Position numbers and translations under genes: made by a program | Notes under the pieces: generated by a model | The model's database searches: none | What the model was told of the DNA's origin: nothing | The model's input: the letters and a program-made list of their open reading frames with translations, nothing else | In this document: piece after piece, positions 23,824-36,600 of the stretch | How positions within the stretch are numbered: the first letter of the stretch is position 1 | How the letters are laid out: the number at the start of each line of letters is the position of its first letter | DNA from: Heteronotia binoei | Lineage: Eukaryota | Length of the DNA stretch: 64,000 nt | NCBI RefSeq assembly: GCF_032191835.1 | Contig: NC_083236.1 | Span: 45,322,001 to 45,386,000, forward strand | Reading direction: 5' to 3'

Positions 23824-24075
23824 ATAAGAACATGAGAAGCCATGTTGGATCAGGCCAATGGCCCATCCAGTCCAACACTCTGTGTCACACAGTGGCCAAA
23901 TATATATATACACACATATACATATATATACACACTGTGGCTAATAGCCACTGATGGACCTCTGCTCCATATTTTATCTAACCCCCTCTTGAAGCTGGCT
24001 ATGCTTGTAGCCGCCACCACCTCCTGTGGCAGTGAATTCCACATGTTAATCACCCTTTGGGTGAAGAAGTACCCC
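23824..24075 (-). mobile_element. CR1 LINE 3' fragment including the ORF2 C-terminus
   Basis: Minus frame INMWNSLPQEVVAATSIASFKRGLDK, then the CR1 3' UTR and repeat tail. Confidence 0.85.
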
Positions 24076-24637
24076 TCTTCTTAGACATGCCCAGAGAAGA
24101 AGAAAAAATAAGTTTTGGAACTGGAGATGAGAGGGCAGTGCCTGAGAAGGGAGGGTTTGGGGTCACCCTTCAAAGCAGAAGTAACTTTGGCCCTTGCTGA
24201 GTATCTGCTTTGACTCTCCCGATTTATTTGCTACAGGAACATTTGTAAATAAAGCAAATTTAATAAAAGACACTATAATTCTCTGGTGGCATGCACACCC
24301 AGCATCCAGTCAAGCATGCAACATGTGTGGTCGAAGAAAGTGATACTCATGCATGGCACAGAGTCCAGTGGCCACACGACGCGCGGGGCCCAGATCCAGC
24401 CCCCCCCCTCACTTGCTGTGGCCTGGAGACTCTGTCTTCTTCTCCAATAACAAAAGTGTCCAGTGCATTTGCAGCTTTCCCCGCCCTATTCCTACATCCT
24501 GAGTCTATCTGCAGCATTACAGAACAAGCCCCTGAGGAGCTGTGAGTGGTATCACTGGCTGAAACGCTTGCAGCCGGCTCGGCTTCCTCTGCCAAGCCCA
24601 GCCCTGGACTCAGAATCTGGGCACTGCAGCTTAAGTG

Positions 24638-24680
24638 ATGGGCACATCTGCAGAGGAAGAGGATCCCACCAACCCCAGAG
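24638..24680 (+). CDS. EXOC3L1: EXOC3L1 probable first coding exon (MGTSAEEEDPTNPR)
   Basis: ATG plus 43 nt ending G|GTAATG in phase 1, matching the phase-1 acceptor at 27229. Similar in size to the short mammalian first coding exon. Confidence 0.65.
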
Positions 24681-27600
24681 GTAATGGGAAGCGCAGATCA
24701 AAGATTCCAAGGGCCGTACTGTAGCAGGGTGGGCAGTGGGAAGCATCGTTCCTAGCTCTGTGGCTAGTCTATCTTTGGTCTGTGGGGGAGAGAGTTAACT
24801 CCTTGCCCTTCTGACATCTTTCTATTTGGGGGGGGGGGGCATCCATGAAACAGTGAGCGAGTTTTCTAGATAGGCCGCTCTTTGGGGTGGAGGGGAAGGG
24901 GGGGAGCGACAGAAAGGACTGCAGTTTCTAGAAAGAAACTGTAACCTAAAACCTGATCAGGGCAAGAATTCTCTGTGGAGCAGAGGTCGTCAGGCAGCAG
25001 CAACTATGCACCAAAACTGTGGCTTTCCCTGCCTCATCCCCCCCCCCCCGACAACTGCCATTTCTTACACCACCCCACCAGAAAGGGGCATGGTTGCCAA
25101 TTCCAGCTTGAGAAATTCCTGGGGATTAGAGAGCAGTGGCTGGGAAGGCAGTGTTTGGGGTCACCCTTCAAAGTGGCATTTTCGTTCAGATGAGCTGATC
25201 TCTTGTCATCTGGAGATGGCAACCCTACTTGGGTGAGGGAGAAAGAAAGCACAGCAGAACGTGGCAAGACACTGTGAAAATCAGGGCCAGGATATTTTGG
25301 GGGTGAGGGGGGTGTTGCGTGGGATTCTGTGGTCGTGAAATTGGCCATCCAGCATGAGTGTTCAAGGATGGAGAGCCAGCAGGCTTCTGGCACTGCTGAT
25401 AATCTCCTTTTCAAAAATGTTCCTAACTCCTGCGGTTGTTTCTTACCAGCGCCTCAGGGTGGGGAGCAAACAGCAGAATGGAGAGAGCTTTCTGCTGAGT
25501 AATAGATGGTCTATTCTCATGGAAGAGAACTCGGGCAGATTTCCTGGGAGCCAGAAAGGAATTGCTTTTAAAATGAGGCCTGATTTCATATGGGCTGGAG
25601 AATTGAAGTGGCAGTGAGACAAGAGAACGGACTGCACATCAGAGGGAAGGTGGAAAGTCACATTAAACATCCCCTACATTTAGGATTGCCAGCTCTGGGT
25701 TGGGAAAAAGCTGGAAATTTGGGGGGCTGGAGCCTAGGGCATGGATGGCGTTTGGGAAGGCATCTCACTGGGGTATAATGCTGCAGAGGCCACCCTCCAA
25801 AGCAGCCATTTTCTCCAGGCGAACTGATTTTGTCCTCTGGAGATAGGGATGCCAGCCTCCAGGTGGGACCTGGAGGTCTCCGTCTTTGATAACTGATCTC
25901 CAGCTGCTTTGAAGGGTGGGCTCTATGGTATTGTACCCTGCTGGGGCCCCTGCCCTCTCCCAGCTCCACCCCCAAAGTATTTTCCAAAACAAACCTGGCA
26001 ACCCTGCCTGGAGAGCAATTGTAATAGTGAGGGATTTCCAGGTCCCGCCTGGAGGCTATCTATATTTGTTCATCCATTTCAGATCCTTGCAAAGAGAAAA
26101 CCAGAACCGATTTCGGACTCATCCTACGCCGTGCTCTGACGTTCCTCTTTTCAGCGAGGCGTCCTTCTAATTTCCCACTATCTGCCCCAGGGCTTCAGCT
26201 TGCGTCAGCGTTTTTGTGTAAAGAGAAACTGCTAAAAGCCAGTTTCTCTTTGCCGTGCAAAAACAGCAATCTTTGCTGAAGCCCCAGAGCAGATAGTGGG
26301 AAATTGGAAGGATGCCGTGCTGAAAAGAGGAACGTCAGAGCGGCGTAGGGTGAGTGGGAAATCGGTCCAGAATTCCTTCCATGCTGAGGTTCTGCTCTCT
26401 GGTTTGATATCCAAACTGGAGTGGATTTTTTGAGAGCATCCACAGACATCCGCTCCCTGCCCCCATCCAGGTAGATTAGGTTGAAAGAGGAGGACTGGCC
26501 CAAGGGCATGCTTTCATGCCAAAGAGAAGCCTGATCCTTTTAACGGGAGGTGCTGGGGACTGAACCTGGAACCTTCTTCAGGCAGAGCCATGGCCCTTTC
26601 CTCCTCCCACACACATCCTTGTTAGGTGAAGGGAACAAATGGGTATCTCCTGTCAAATCTAATTTGGCCCTGAGAGACAAATGACTACCAGTCTCTATAG
26701 ATCAGCTGCCATCTTAATAGGATAACTCTGGACTCTCTGATTGTCTCTCGTCCTGGAGTTCACACGTTTTTTGAACTCCTTGAGCAGAAAAAGCACTTGT
26801 GGGCAGTGTTCCCTCTAAGCGGAGTTAGTGTGAGCTGGCTCACCATTTTTTTAGCCTCCGGCTCACACATTTTTGTCTTAGCTCAGGAAAAATGGCCCCA
26901 GAGCAAACTAATTTATGCGGTAGCTGACAACTTTCATGCCAGTAGCTCACAAAGTAGAATTTTTACTCACAAGATTCCACAGCTTAGAGGGAGTATTGCT
27001 TGTGGGATGGGTAATTTGCAACGGAGAAGTGGCTGGATCGATGGGGAAAGGGTTACACACCTTCCTGCTGCCTCTTCAGTAAAATGGCCCCCAGTTTCTG
27101 CCCAGTGACCAGTCTTTCCCAGACAGCCATGTCCTGTTTCCGTTCTGCATGTAGGGGAAGCAGCTGGGGTGGAAGAGATTTTCCTGTTTAGCTGAAGCTT
27201 GCCCCTCAGATCTGTTTTTCTCTCTCAGAGGAGGAATGGCCGGAAATGGAAAAGGCTGAAAAATTAGCACGAGGCACTGCCTTAAAATGGGCATCGGGGA
27301 TATTTTACCGACCAGAGCAACTGGAGGGCCTGGGCCTTTATCGGATCCGGGAGCTACAGCGCAACAGCTCCATCCAATCCCGCATAAAGGTGGGTGGCCA
27401 AAACAGTGAAATGCCTCCCTGAACTTCTAAGGTCCTTTTAAAAACTCAACCCTGCTTATCCATATGCCCTCATCTTAAACACATAGACGTTGATGCAAAT
27501 CTCACAGATTCCAACAGAGCTTGTCCTGGAGCAGGGGTGGCCAAACTTGCTTAACACAAGAGCCCCATAGAATAAATGTCAGATGTTTGAGAGCCCCAAG

Positions 27601-30600
27601 ACATGAAATCAGATGTTTGAGAGCCACAAGACAGGCAGGAAGGAAGGAAGCAAAGAAGGATGGAAGGTGAGAGGGAGGAAAGAAAGCAAATAGATGGGGA
27701 GGGAGAGGTGGGAAGAAAGCAACTTCAACTTTGGATGCATTCATCAAACTGCCAGCTGGCTTAGCTTGCAAAAGGGATTTAAAGTGATTTAAATGCCTTC
27801 TCCAAGTTGGCCGATGGGGTGGGGGCTTCAAGAGCCAAACAGTATGTGTGAAAGAAAACACATGTGGCTCCTGAGCCGCAGTTTGGCCACTCCTGTACTG
27901 GAGGAAATCATTAGGATAAAAATTAACAGCACCATACACTGGGGGTATAAAAACAAAATACTGCTCCCCCCCTCCATTAGAAGTTTTAAGAATGAAATCA
28001 TTTCTACATAACGTTGATGTAATGCAGACGAAAAATAGGAGGCTGTCATTGGGAAAAACCTCAGTTTGCAACATGGTTGAGAACTCTTTCTGCCACCCAC
28101 CATAACTCAGGTTTATTGGCATATTTAGACCTTGCTTTTCACCCCCAGTGTGTCCCACAGGAGCTGACCACCTCAGTGTCTCATTTGATCCCCACCACAA
28201 CACCCCTGTGAGGTAGATTAGATTGAAAGAGGAGAACTGGCCCAAGGGCATGCTTTCACACCAGAGAGAGGGGGGATTTGAACTTGGGTCTCCTCCCAGA
28301 CTTAGTCCAGCACTGCTAGACCAAGCTGACATACTCAAGTATTTGTCAGTGATATTGGAAGAATATTTTATTTATTTATTTGTTTGTTTATTTTATAATC
28401 CCGCCTTTCTCCCCAGTGGGGACCCAGTGTGGCTTATAGCAGCGTTGTCCTCTCCTCTGTTTTAACCTCACAACAACCCTGTGAGGTAGGTTAGGCTGAG
28501 AGTGCATGACTGGCCCAAGGTCACCTGGTGGGCTTTCATGGCAGAGTGAGGATTCAAACCTGGGTCTCCCTTGTCAAACATTGCAGTGCTTGTCTAGGTA
28601 GGCCCCATGAAGCAGGATGGATGCAGGGCTGGCCCTGCCACTAGGCAACCTAGGTGATTGCCTAGGGTGCTGGCCTGGGGGTGCCAAATCGGCAGCTCCC
28701 ATGTGACCCAGTGACGTTATCAAGCGGGGGGGAGCACCAGAAGTTAGTCTTGTCTAGGGTGCCAGACAGCCTAGGGCCAGCCCTGGATAGGTGCAGATTT
28801 TTATGCCTCTCCCCCATCTGTGGTCACCAGTTGTTATGCACAACAAGAAGCTAGGTTGTGGACAGTTGTTATGTGCTGGAGTGAGGACTTTTTAAAAAAT
28901 GCAAATATGGCAAGGTTTGGAATATCTCTTATTTGGGAGCATGGGACAGGCTTCTCTGTTTCCCCAGTCTTGTCTTTGCCATAAGAAGCATTTTTGTTCC
29001 AGAGATCTAGATATGGGCTTTCCATGAACCCCTGAAGCAGACATCTGCTGGCACAGACTTTGGTCTGCTAAAGTCAGTATTGTCTACGCCGGGGGTAGCC
29101 AAACTTGCTTAACGTAAGAGCCACATAGAATAAACATCACATGTCTGAGAGCCGCAAGACATGAATGTCAGATGTTTGAGAGAAGGAAGGAAGGAAGGAA
29201 ACACTTCAACTTTAAATGCATTCTCCAAACTGCTGGCTGGCATGGCTTGGAGAAGTGATTTAAAGAGACAAAAATGCCTTCTCCAAACCATCTGATGGGG
29301 TGATGGGGGCTTCGAGAGCTGCACAATACGTGTGAACGAGCCACACATGGCTCCCAAGCCACAGTTTGGCCACCCCTGAACTCTGCACTGGCTCTCCAGG
29401 GTCTCCAGTAGAGGTTTTTCATATCATTTGCTATCTGATCTGCATTTACCTGGAAATGCCTGTGACTTTCTGTGTGCAAAGCTGATGTGCTACCACTGAG
29501 CTTCATCCACTCTCCTAGTATTTAATGTCCCCTCTTATATTGCCTACAGCACACAAATGATTGCTTTGCTGCTTTATCCCTCTGCTCTGTCTCTAGTCGA
29601 CGGTGCAGTCTTACCTGGAGGGAATGAACACGGGCTTGGGGCAGCTCCATTCAGCCTTGGCAGAGGTTCATCACATGCAGCAAGCGCTGAAAAGCGTGCA
29701 GCAGGAATTGGCTTCCAGCACAGACTCCTTTCAGAAGCTGCAGCCGCTACGGGAAGTGGCGCTGGAACATGCCCAGCTAGGTTCGGTCGTCCGTACCCTG
29801 CCACGGCTTTTCTCAGGTGAGGCGTTCTTGGCAAGGTCTCCTGGCCTTGCTGGTCTAAAGGGGGGTGGGTGAGTTGGTAGACTCTTTTCTTTTTCACCAC
29901 TGCAAGATGACTCCTAAGTCACTGCCCAGCAGGTATACCTTTGCCTCCCCTGGAAAAGGAGCCCTGTAGCACAGAGTGGTAAAGCTGCAGTACTGCAATC
30001 CGAACTCTCTGCTAACGACTTGAGTTTCATCTTGGAGGAAGCTGGGTTCAGGTAGCCAGCTCAATGTTGACTCAGCCTTCCATCCTTCCGAGATCAATAA
30101 AATGAATACCCAGCTTGCTGGGGGGAAAGTGTAGATGACTGGGGAAGGAAATGGCAAACCACCCCGTAAAAAGTATGTCGTGATGCGACGTCACCCCAGA
30201 GTCGGAAATGACATCACCCCAGAGTCAGAAACGACTGGTGCTTGCACAGGGGACTACCTTTACCTTACTCCTGTTTTGTAAGCTATAACAAAAGAACAGA
30301 GTTTGAATTCATTGGCATCTTTAAGACCAACAAAGTTTTATTCAAGATATAAGCTTTCATGTGCATGCACACTTCTTCAGACCTGACAAAGTGTGCATGC
30401 GGACAAAAGCTTATACCTTGAATAAAAGTGTTGGTCTTAAAGGTGCCACTGAATTCAAGTTTTGTCCTTCTGCTTCAGACCAATGAGGCTACCCACCTGG
30501 ATCTTTAGCAAGAGTCAGTCTGGTGTATCAGTTGCAGCAGTAGGCTGAAATCCGTGGGTTCAAATTACAACTGGAAGCTCGCCGGGTGACCTTGAGCCAG

Positions 30601-33600
30601 TCAGTCTCTCTCAGCCTAACCTGCCTCACAGGGTTTTCATGACGATAAATGGAGGAGAGGAGAATGATGTAGGCTGCTTTTAAGTCCCCATTGGAGAGAA
30701 AGGCAGGGGATAAATGAGGTAAACAAGTTCAGACTGAGGGCTGTTCAGAAGGCTATAAGACAACAGCTGTAATCATTTCTGCTATAGGCATTCCCTTTCT
30801 CTATCTATTGATTTGTCTGAAATATTTGTAACCCGCTTTCCCCCCAGCCCATGGGACTCAAAGCAGCTTGCATCAACGTTAAAAAACAAACACAATTGCT
30901 CATAAACAGAAATAGAAATAAAATAAAGCAAAACATATCTTCTATTCACAGACCACCAAAAGCTGGTTGGAATCTTATTGATATTTGACGGACGGAATAC
31001 TCTACAAAGATATCAAAAACGACAGAAGTTTTTGTAAAATTATCATTCATATGTTAAGAACATTAGGTTGCTTTCTCATTTTTTGGTGGGGTTTTTTTTT
31101 GAATGTGTACACCTGGAAGTCATGGCGCCCTCTGGTGACTGACCCCTGTTGGGGCCCTGGAGGATATTCTGAGAGGTGGCTGAATAAAGCCTGACCCAGT
31201 CCTCCCGACTTGGTATTCCCAGGAGGTCTCCCATCCAAGTACTTGCTGGAGTCAGCCCTGCTTAGCTTCCAAGATCTGATGGGATCGGGCTTGCCTGGAC
31301 TATCCAGGGCAGGGCAGGAAATTAGGTTGTTTTCTTTGTTTTAAGCAAGTAGTTCTCCAGCATGGAATGACTGCCATTAAAGTAACTTTCCAAGGTGAAA
31401 ATGGCTGCTTGGTTCATTGCACTGATTCATTGTGTGGAATAGTGGTTAGCAGGAATCATTTTGTAGGGGGAAAGGTGCAGGAGCTCAGTAGCATATCTCA
31501 TTTGCATATGCCCCGGGATCTGTGTGCAGCAGGGAGAGAACTCCCCACTGCATGCAAACCCTGGCTGGAGGTTCAAGAACTGCGCTCCTGTGAGTTCCTG
31601 CTGAATCCAAGCCCTGGCGGTTAGACATTAGGCTGTAGAAGGCCGAGGTTTGCATCTTCACTCTCTGCCCTGGCTGGGTTGCCTTGGACTAGTCACACAT
31701 TCTCAGGTTTCACTTTCCTCAGGGTGGTTTTGTGGATATAGTGAAAGAGAGGACATAAGCTGCTCTGGGCCTCCATTGGTGGAGAAAGGCAGGGTACCCA
31801 TGGAGTAAAGAAACAACCCTCTAGAGAACAAAACCGGTCGAATGATTTTCTAGATCTGGGCCATTTCTGTCTCTCTATCTGTCTCTCTCGCTCTTGGACA
31901 TTTTTGTTCCCTTCTCCCTTCCTAAAGTTGCCAACTCTAGTTTGGGAATCTGGGGATGGAGCCCAGGGAGGACTGGGTTTGGGGAGCGGACAGCGGAGGG
32001 ACCTCAGCAGTGTGTAATGCCACAGAATCTCCCTTCCAAAGTTCTAATTCTGGAGCAACTCCAGCTCCAGGCCCCACCTGCAGGTTGGGAATTACATACA
32101 TGTGACCTTGCAGGAAGCTTCCCTTCTCTGAATCAGACCATTAATCCATCAAGGTCTAGGGTTGCCAATCCCCAGGTGGGGGCAGGGGATCCCCTAATTT
32201 AGAGGCCCTCCTCCGCTTCAGGGTCATCAGGAAGTGGAGGTGGGAATGTCTGCTGGGCACTCCATTATTCCCTATGGAGACCGATTCCCATAGGGTATAA
32301 TGGAGAATTGATCTGTGGATATCTGGGGCTCCAGAGGGGCCGTATTTTGAGGTAGAGGCACCAACTTTGCAGCATAACATCCAGTGCCTCTCCTCAAAAC
32401 ACCATCCAAATTTCAAAAAGGTTGGACCAGGTGGTCCAATTCTATGAGCCCCCAGAAAAGGTGCCCCTATCCTTCATTATTTCCAGTGGAGAGAAGCCAT
32501 TTAAAAGGTGTGCAGTCCCTTTAAATGTGATGGCCAAAACTCCCTTCGGAGTTCAATTGTGCTTGTCACACCCTTGCTCCTGGCTCCACCTCCAATGCCT
32601 CCTGGCTCCACCCCCAAAGCCCCCAGATATTACTTGAATTGGACTCGGCAACCCTATCAAGGTCAGTATTGGCCACGATCACATACACTAAATAATGCAT
32701 TTTCAATCCACTTTCAATCGACTCTCCAACTGGATGTTGCCAGTTCACACAGTAAGTCCAATTGGAAAGTGCACTGGAAGAGGATTGAAAGTGCATTGTT
32801 TAGGGTGTGTGATCACAGCCATTGTCTATTTAGACTGGCAGCCGCTTTCCAGATTTTTAGGTAGAAGGCTTTCACATCACCTGCCATCTGATCTTTTTAG
32901 CTGAAGATGCAGAGGATTGAACTTGGGACCTTCTGCATGCCAAGCAGATGTTCTACCACTGGGCCACGGCTCCTCCCCTTCCCCACCCCTACTCCTGCCT
33001 CCAAGAGGCTCACTGTGGCTGAGCTCCACCGAAACTTCCTTCATTCTCCCATTTATATTCTCAAGACCCTGAACGTCTTCTCCCTTCTCCCTCACGCAGT
33101 TCATGAACTCCTTTCTGAGAGCTTCAACCTCTTGCAACATCGGCATCTGCTGGAAGCCCACGGGAGGCTCATGGAGCTGGAGAGTTTGCGGGACAGCATC
33201 CTGTCCCAACTGCACGACCACAACCTGCTCAGCCCTTCGTACCTGGCCAGCGTAGAGTCCTACTTTGGGGGCCTCCAGAAACTGAACGAGGCCTTGGCCC
33301 AGCATCTGTGGAACATAGTGGCCCATGGGATGCAACTGATGTTCGAGGACCCGTCCCTCTTTGTTTCTGCCATGCGCATTATTGAGCGAGAGGAGGGCAT
33401 CGATGCCGCCCTGCTGCGGAGATCCCAGGCCCCCGGTTTCCTCCCTCCAGGACGCCCAAAGGGCTGGCGTCAGAAGTTCTTCCAGGTGATCCGGGACACC
33501 GTAGTGGCCACCCACTTCCAGACCATACCCAGCGAGGCCCAGGGCCGGTCCATCCCCAAACACTTGTCTTCCTTGCAAAGCACCATCCTGGCCGAACTGT

Positions 33601-36600
33601 GCATTGTAAAAGACCTCATGGCCCAATGTTGCCCGCCCCACTACAACATCATCTCGACCTTGACTGACATGTATCACCAAGGTCTCACCCACCACCTCCA
33701 TCAAATCCTGGCTCAGGACCTGGACAAGCAGGAGATCTTTGCTGTCCTCCAGTGGGTGCTCCATGTCTACCCGAGGTCAGTATCAATTAGGGTTGCCAGG
33801 TCCAATTCAATAAACATCTGGGGGCTTTGGTGGTGGAGCCAGGAGGTATTGAGGGTGGAGCCAGGAGCAAGGCTGTGACGAGCACAATTGAACTCCATCA
33901 CATTAAAAGGGACTGCACACCTTTTAAATGCCTTCCCTCCATTAGAAATAATGAAGGATAGGGAGGATCTTCTTTTGGGGCTCACAGAATTAGACCCCCT
34001 GGTCGATCCTTTTGAAATTTGGTGGGTGTTTTGAGGAGAGGCATCATGTGCTATGCTGAAAATTTGATGCCCTTACCTCAAAAAATAGCCCTCCCAGAGC
34101 TCCAGATACCAGTAGATCAATTCTCCATTATACTATGGGAATCTATCTCCAGAGGGGAAAAATGGAATGCCCAGAAGACATTTCCCAGGAGGAGGGCCTC
34201 CAAACTGGGGGTTCCCCTGCCCCCACCTGGGGATTGGCAAGCATAGTATCAATACTCAGGGATGCTGTGGTTGTAACAGGGGAAGGCAATGGGGATAGCT
34301 CATTTTTAAAAAAATTTTTGAGGAAGCTCAAGCCTGTGGGTAGGGTTTCCAGCTTTGGGTTTGGATAATTCCTGGAGATTTGAGGGGTGGAACCTGGGAA
34401 GGGCAGAGTTTGGGGAGGGGAGGGGCCTGAGCAGGGCACGGGGCTTTTTTTTAGCAGACTCACAGAAACGCAGCTCCAGCTGGCTTGGGTTCAGTGGGTG
34501 TGACCTAATATGCAAATGAATTCCTGCTGGGTATTTTCCACAAAAAAGCCCTGTGTGGAACAATGGTGGTGTCAGGGGGCATGGCCTAATATGCAAATGA
34601 GTTCCTGCTGGGTATTTTCCACAAAAAAGCCCTGTGTGGAACAATGGTGATGTCAGGGGGCGAGGCCTAATATGCAAATGAGTTCCTGCTGGGCATTTCC
34701 CACAAAAAAGCCCTGTATGGAACAATGGTGATGTCAGGGGGCATGGCCTAATATGCAAATGAATTCCTGCTGAATTTTTTTTCTTAAAAAAAAAGTCCTG
34801 GCAGGGCGTAGTACCACAGAGTGATGCTGATGGTGGTGGAAAGTGCCATCAAGTCATGACCCACTTATGGTGACCCTGTAGCGGCTTCAAGGCAAAAGAC
34901 ATTCAGAGATGATTTGCCATTGCCTGCCTCTGCCTAGCAACCCTCCTCTTTGTTGGAGGTCTCCCATCCCAATACTAACCCAAGCCGACCCTGCTTAACA
35001 GTTGAGATTTCATAAGACTGGGCTAGCCCAGGCCATCCAGATGAGGGTGATTATCAAGTGAGAGGAGGGCATCAACACCAACCTGCTGCCAAGGAGACCC
35101 CAAGCTGGAAACCCTCCCAACAGGCCTGCTTAGCTTCCGAGATCTGATATCAAGCTAGCCTGGTTAAGTCCCCATCCACGCTGGAGAAGCCTTGGGCTGC
35201 CCCACTGCTTATGCCGGAGTACAAGAAGAGTGAGCGTAGGGCCGCGTAACTTTGCAGTGGACGCATGCAGTAAGGGGGCAGGGTGCTGGAAAACGATTGC
35301 TCCTAACCAATGTTCCCTCTAAGCTGTGGAGTTTTGTGAGCAGAAATTCTAAATTCGTGAGCTACTAGCTTTAAAGTTGTGAGCTACTGCATAAATTTGC
35401 TTTGGGGCCATTCTTCCTGAGCTAAGACAAAACCGTGTGAGCCAAAGGCTAAAAACCTGTGAGCTAGCTCACGCTAACTCGGCTTAGAGGGAACACTGCT
35501 CCTAACCTGCCTTGTTGTTCCGCAGTGCAGAAATGATGGCACACCCAAGCCTTCTCCCCGAAGTAGACATTTCATCCCTGGGCCCCGTCCTTGCTGCAGA
35601 CACAGTAGATTACCTGGAAGAAACATATGTCATCAAGGTGCAGGTAAGAGACCTGCAGATCAAAGCAGCTCCGTATATGCTTCCAAGGCACAGCTGGTTG
35701 GCCAAGCAAGCTAGGTGTTTTCTCTCCCAGTGCAATCCTAGACAAGAGTTAAAGGTTTCTAAGCCCCCTGAAGGGAGGTGGAATGGTATAGAATAACCCA
35801 GTCTCATCAGATCTCAAAAGCTAAATTCACTTAGTACTTGAGCTGGAGACCTCCAAGGAAAACCTTGCAGGGGAGTCATTTTCAAACCACCTCTGCATAA
35901 TCACTTGCCTTGTAAACCCTATGGGAGGGTCTCCATAAGTCAATTGCGGCTTCATGGCACTTTATGCACAAACGTACAAAAGTCCTCTGGATGGGTTCAG
36001 AAGGCTTCACTCTGCCCAGCATCGTGCTGTCAGTTCCAGCTCTGCAAGTAGTACACATGCCCATACCATGGGGTGCTGCTCCCATTCTCTTCATGGAAGA
36101 GATTCAAACTGCTTTGGGGAGGGGGAGAACCAGACTGCGTGTCAAAGATACATGTAAATGTTCTGCTGTGTTTCCTGACTTGAAATGTGAGGGCTGCATG
36201 AAAAGAGCACAGGTGGAATCACCTTTGTGTCTTCAGGAACCACCCATAGCTACATCCATCCTAAGAGGATGCTTGGCCCGGCACCTCCCAACATTGACTT
36301 GCTGGCCCCATGGCAGCCATTTTGTAGTGGCCTCCACTCCAAGTTGCTAGGCTTGGCTTAAGAATCTCCCTTCCCCCCCTCCAGGCCAGCATTTCTGAAT
36401 GGATGCAGAAGACCCTGGAGATGGAGTTTAATGAGTGGTTCAGCGAAACGGAGCCAGAATCAGACTACCAGGGCTGCTTCCAGACCACCTTGCCCATCAT
36501 TGCCATGAAGGTGAGAAGGAGTGGGCTGGGAGAGGCTTCCTATTGGGGAAGAGGAGGAGGAGACCTGGCTGCATCTTCTGGTACGGAAGGAAAGCTAAGG

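Noticed and set aside
27502-28338. 278-aa minus-strand ORF
   Set aside because: Runs through a MITE and SINE fragments; low-complexity translation, no homology.
33040-33099. In-frame intronic stretch (LKTLNVFSLLPHA) that superficially resembles Sec6
   Set aside because: It is the polypyrimidine tract. The spliced junction FS|VHE already supplies the homologous residues.
32877-33764. 295-aa minus-strand ORF
   Set aside because: Antisense shadow of EXOC3L1 exon 4, with no recognisable domain.
34495-34800. CRISPR-like appearance of the 81-bp arrays
   Set aside because: The whole unit repeats with no unique spacers, there are no cas genes, and the context is vertebrate.
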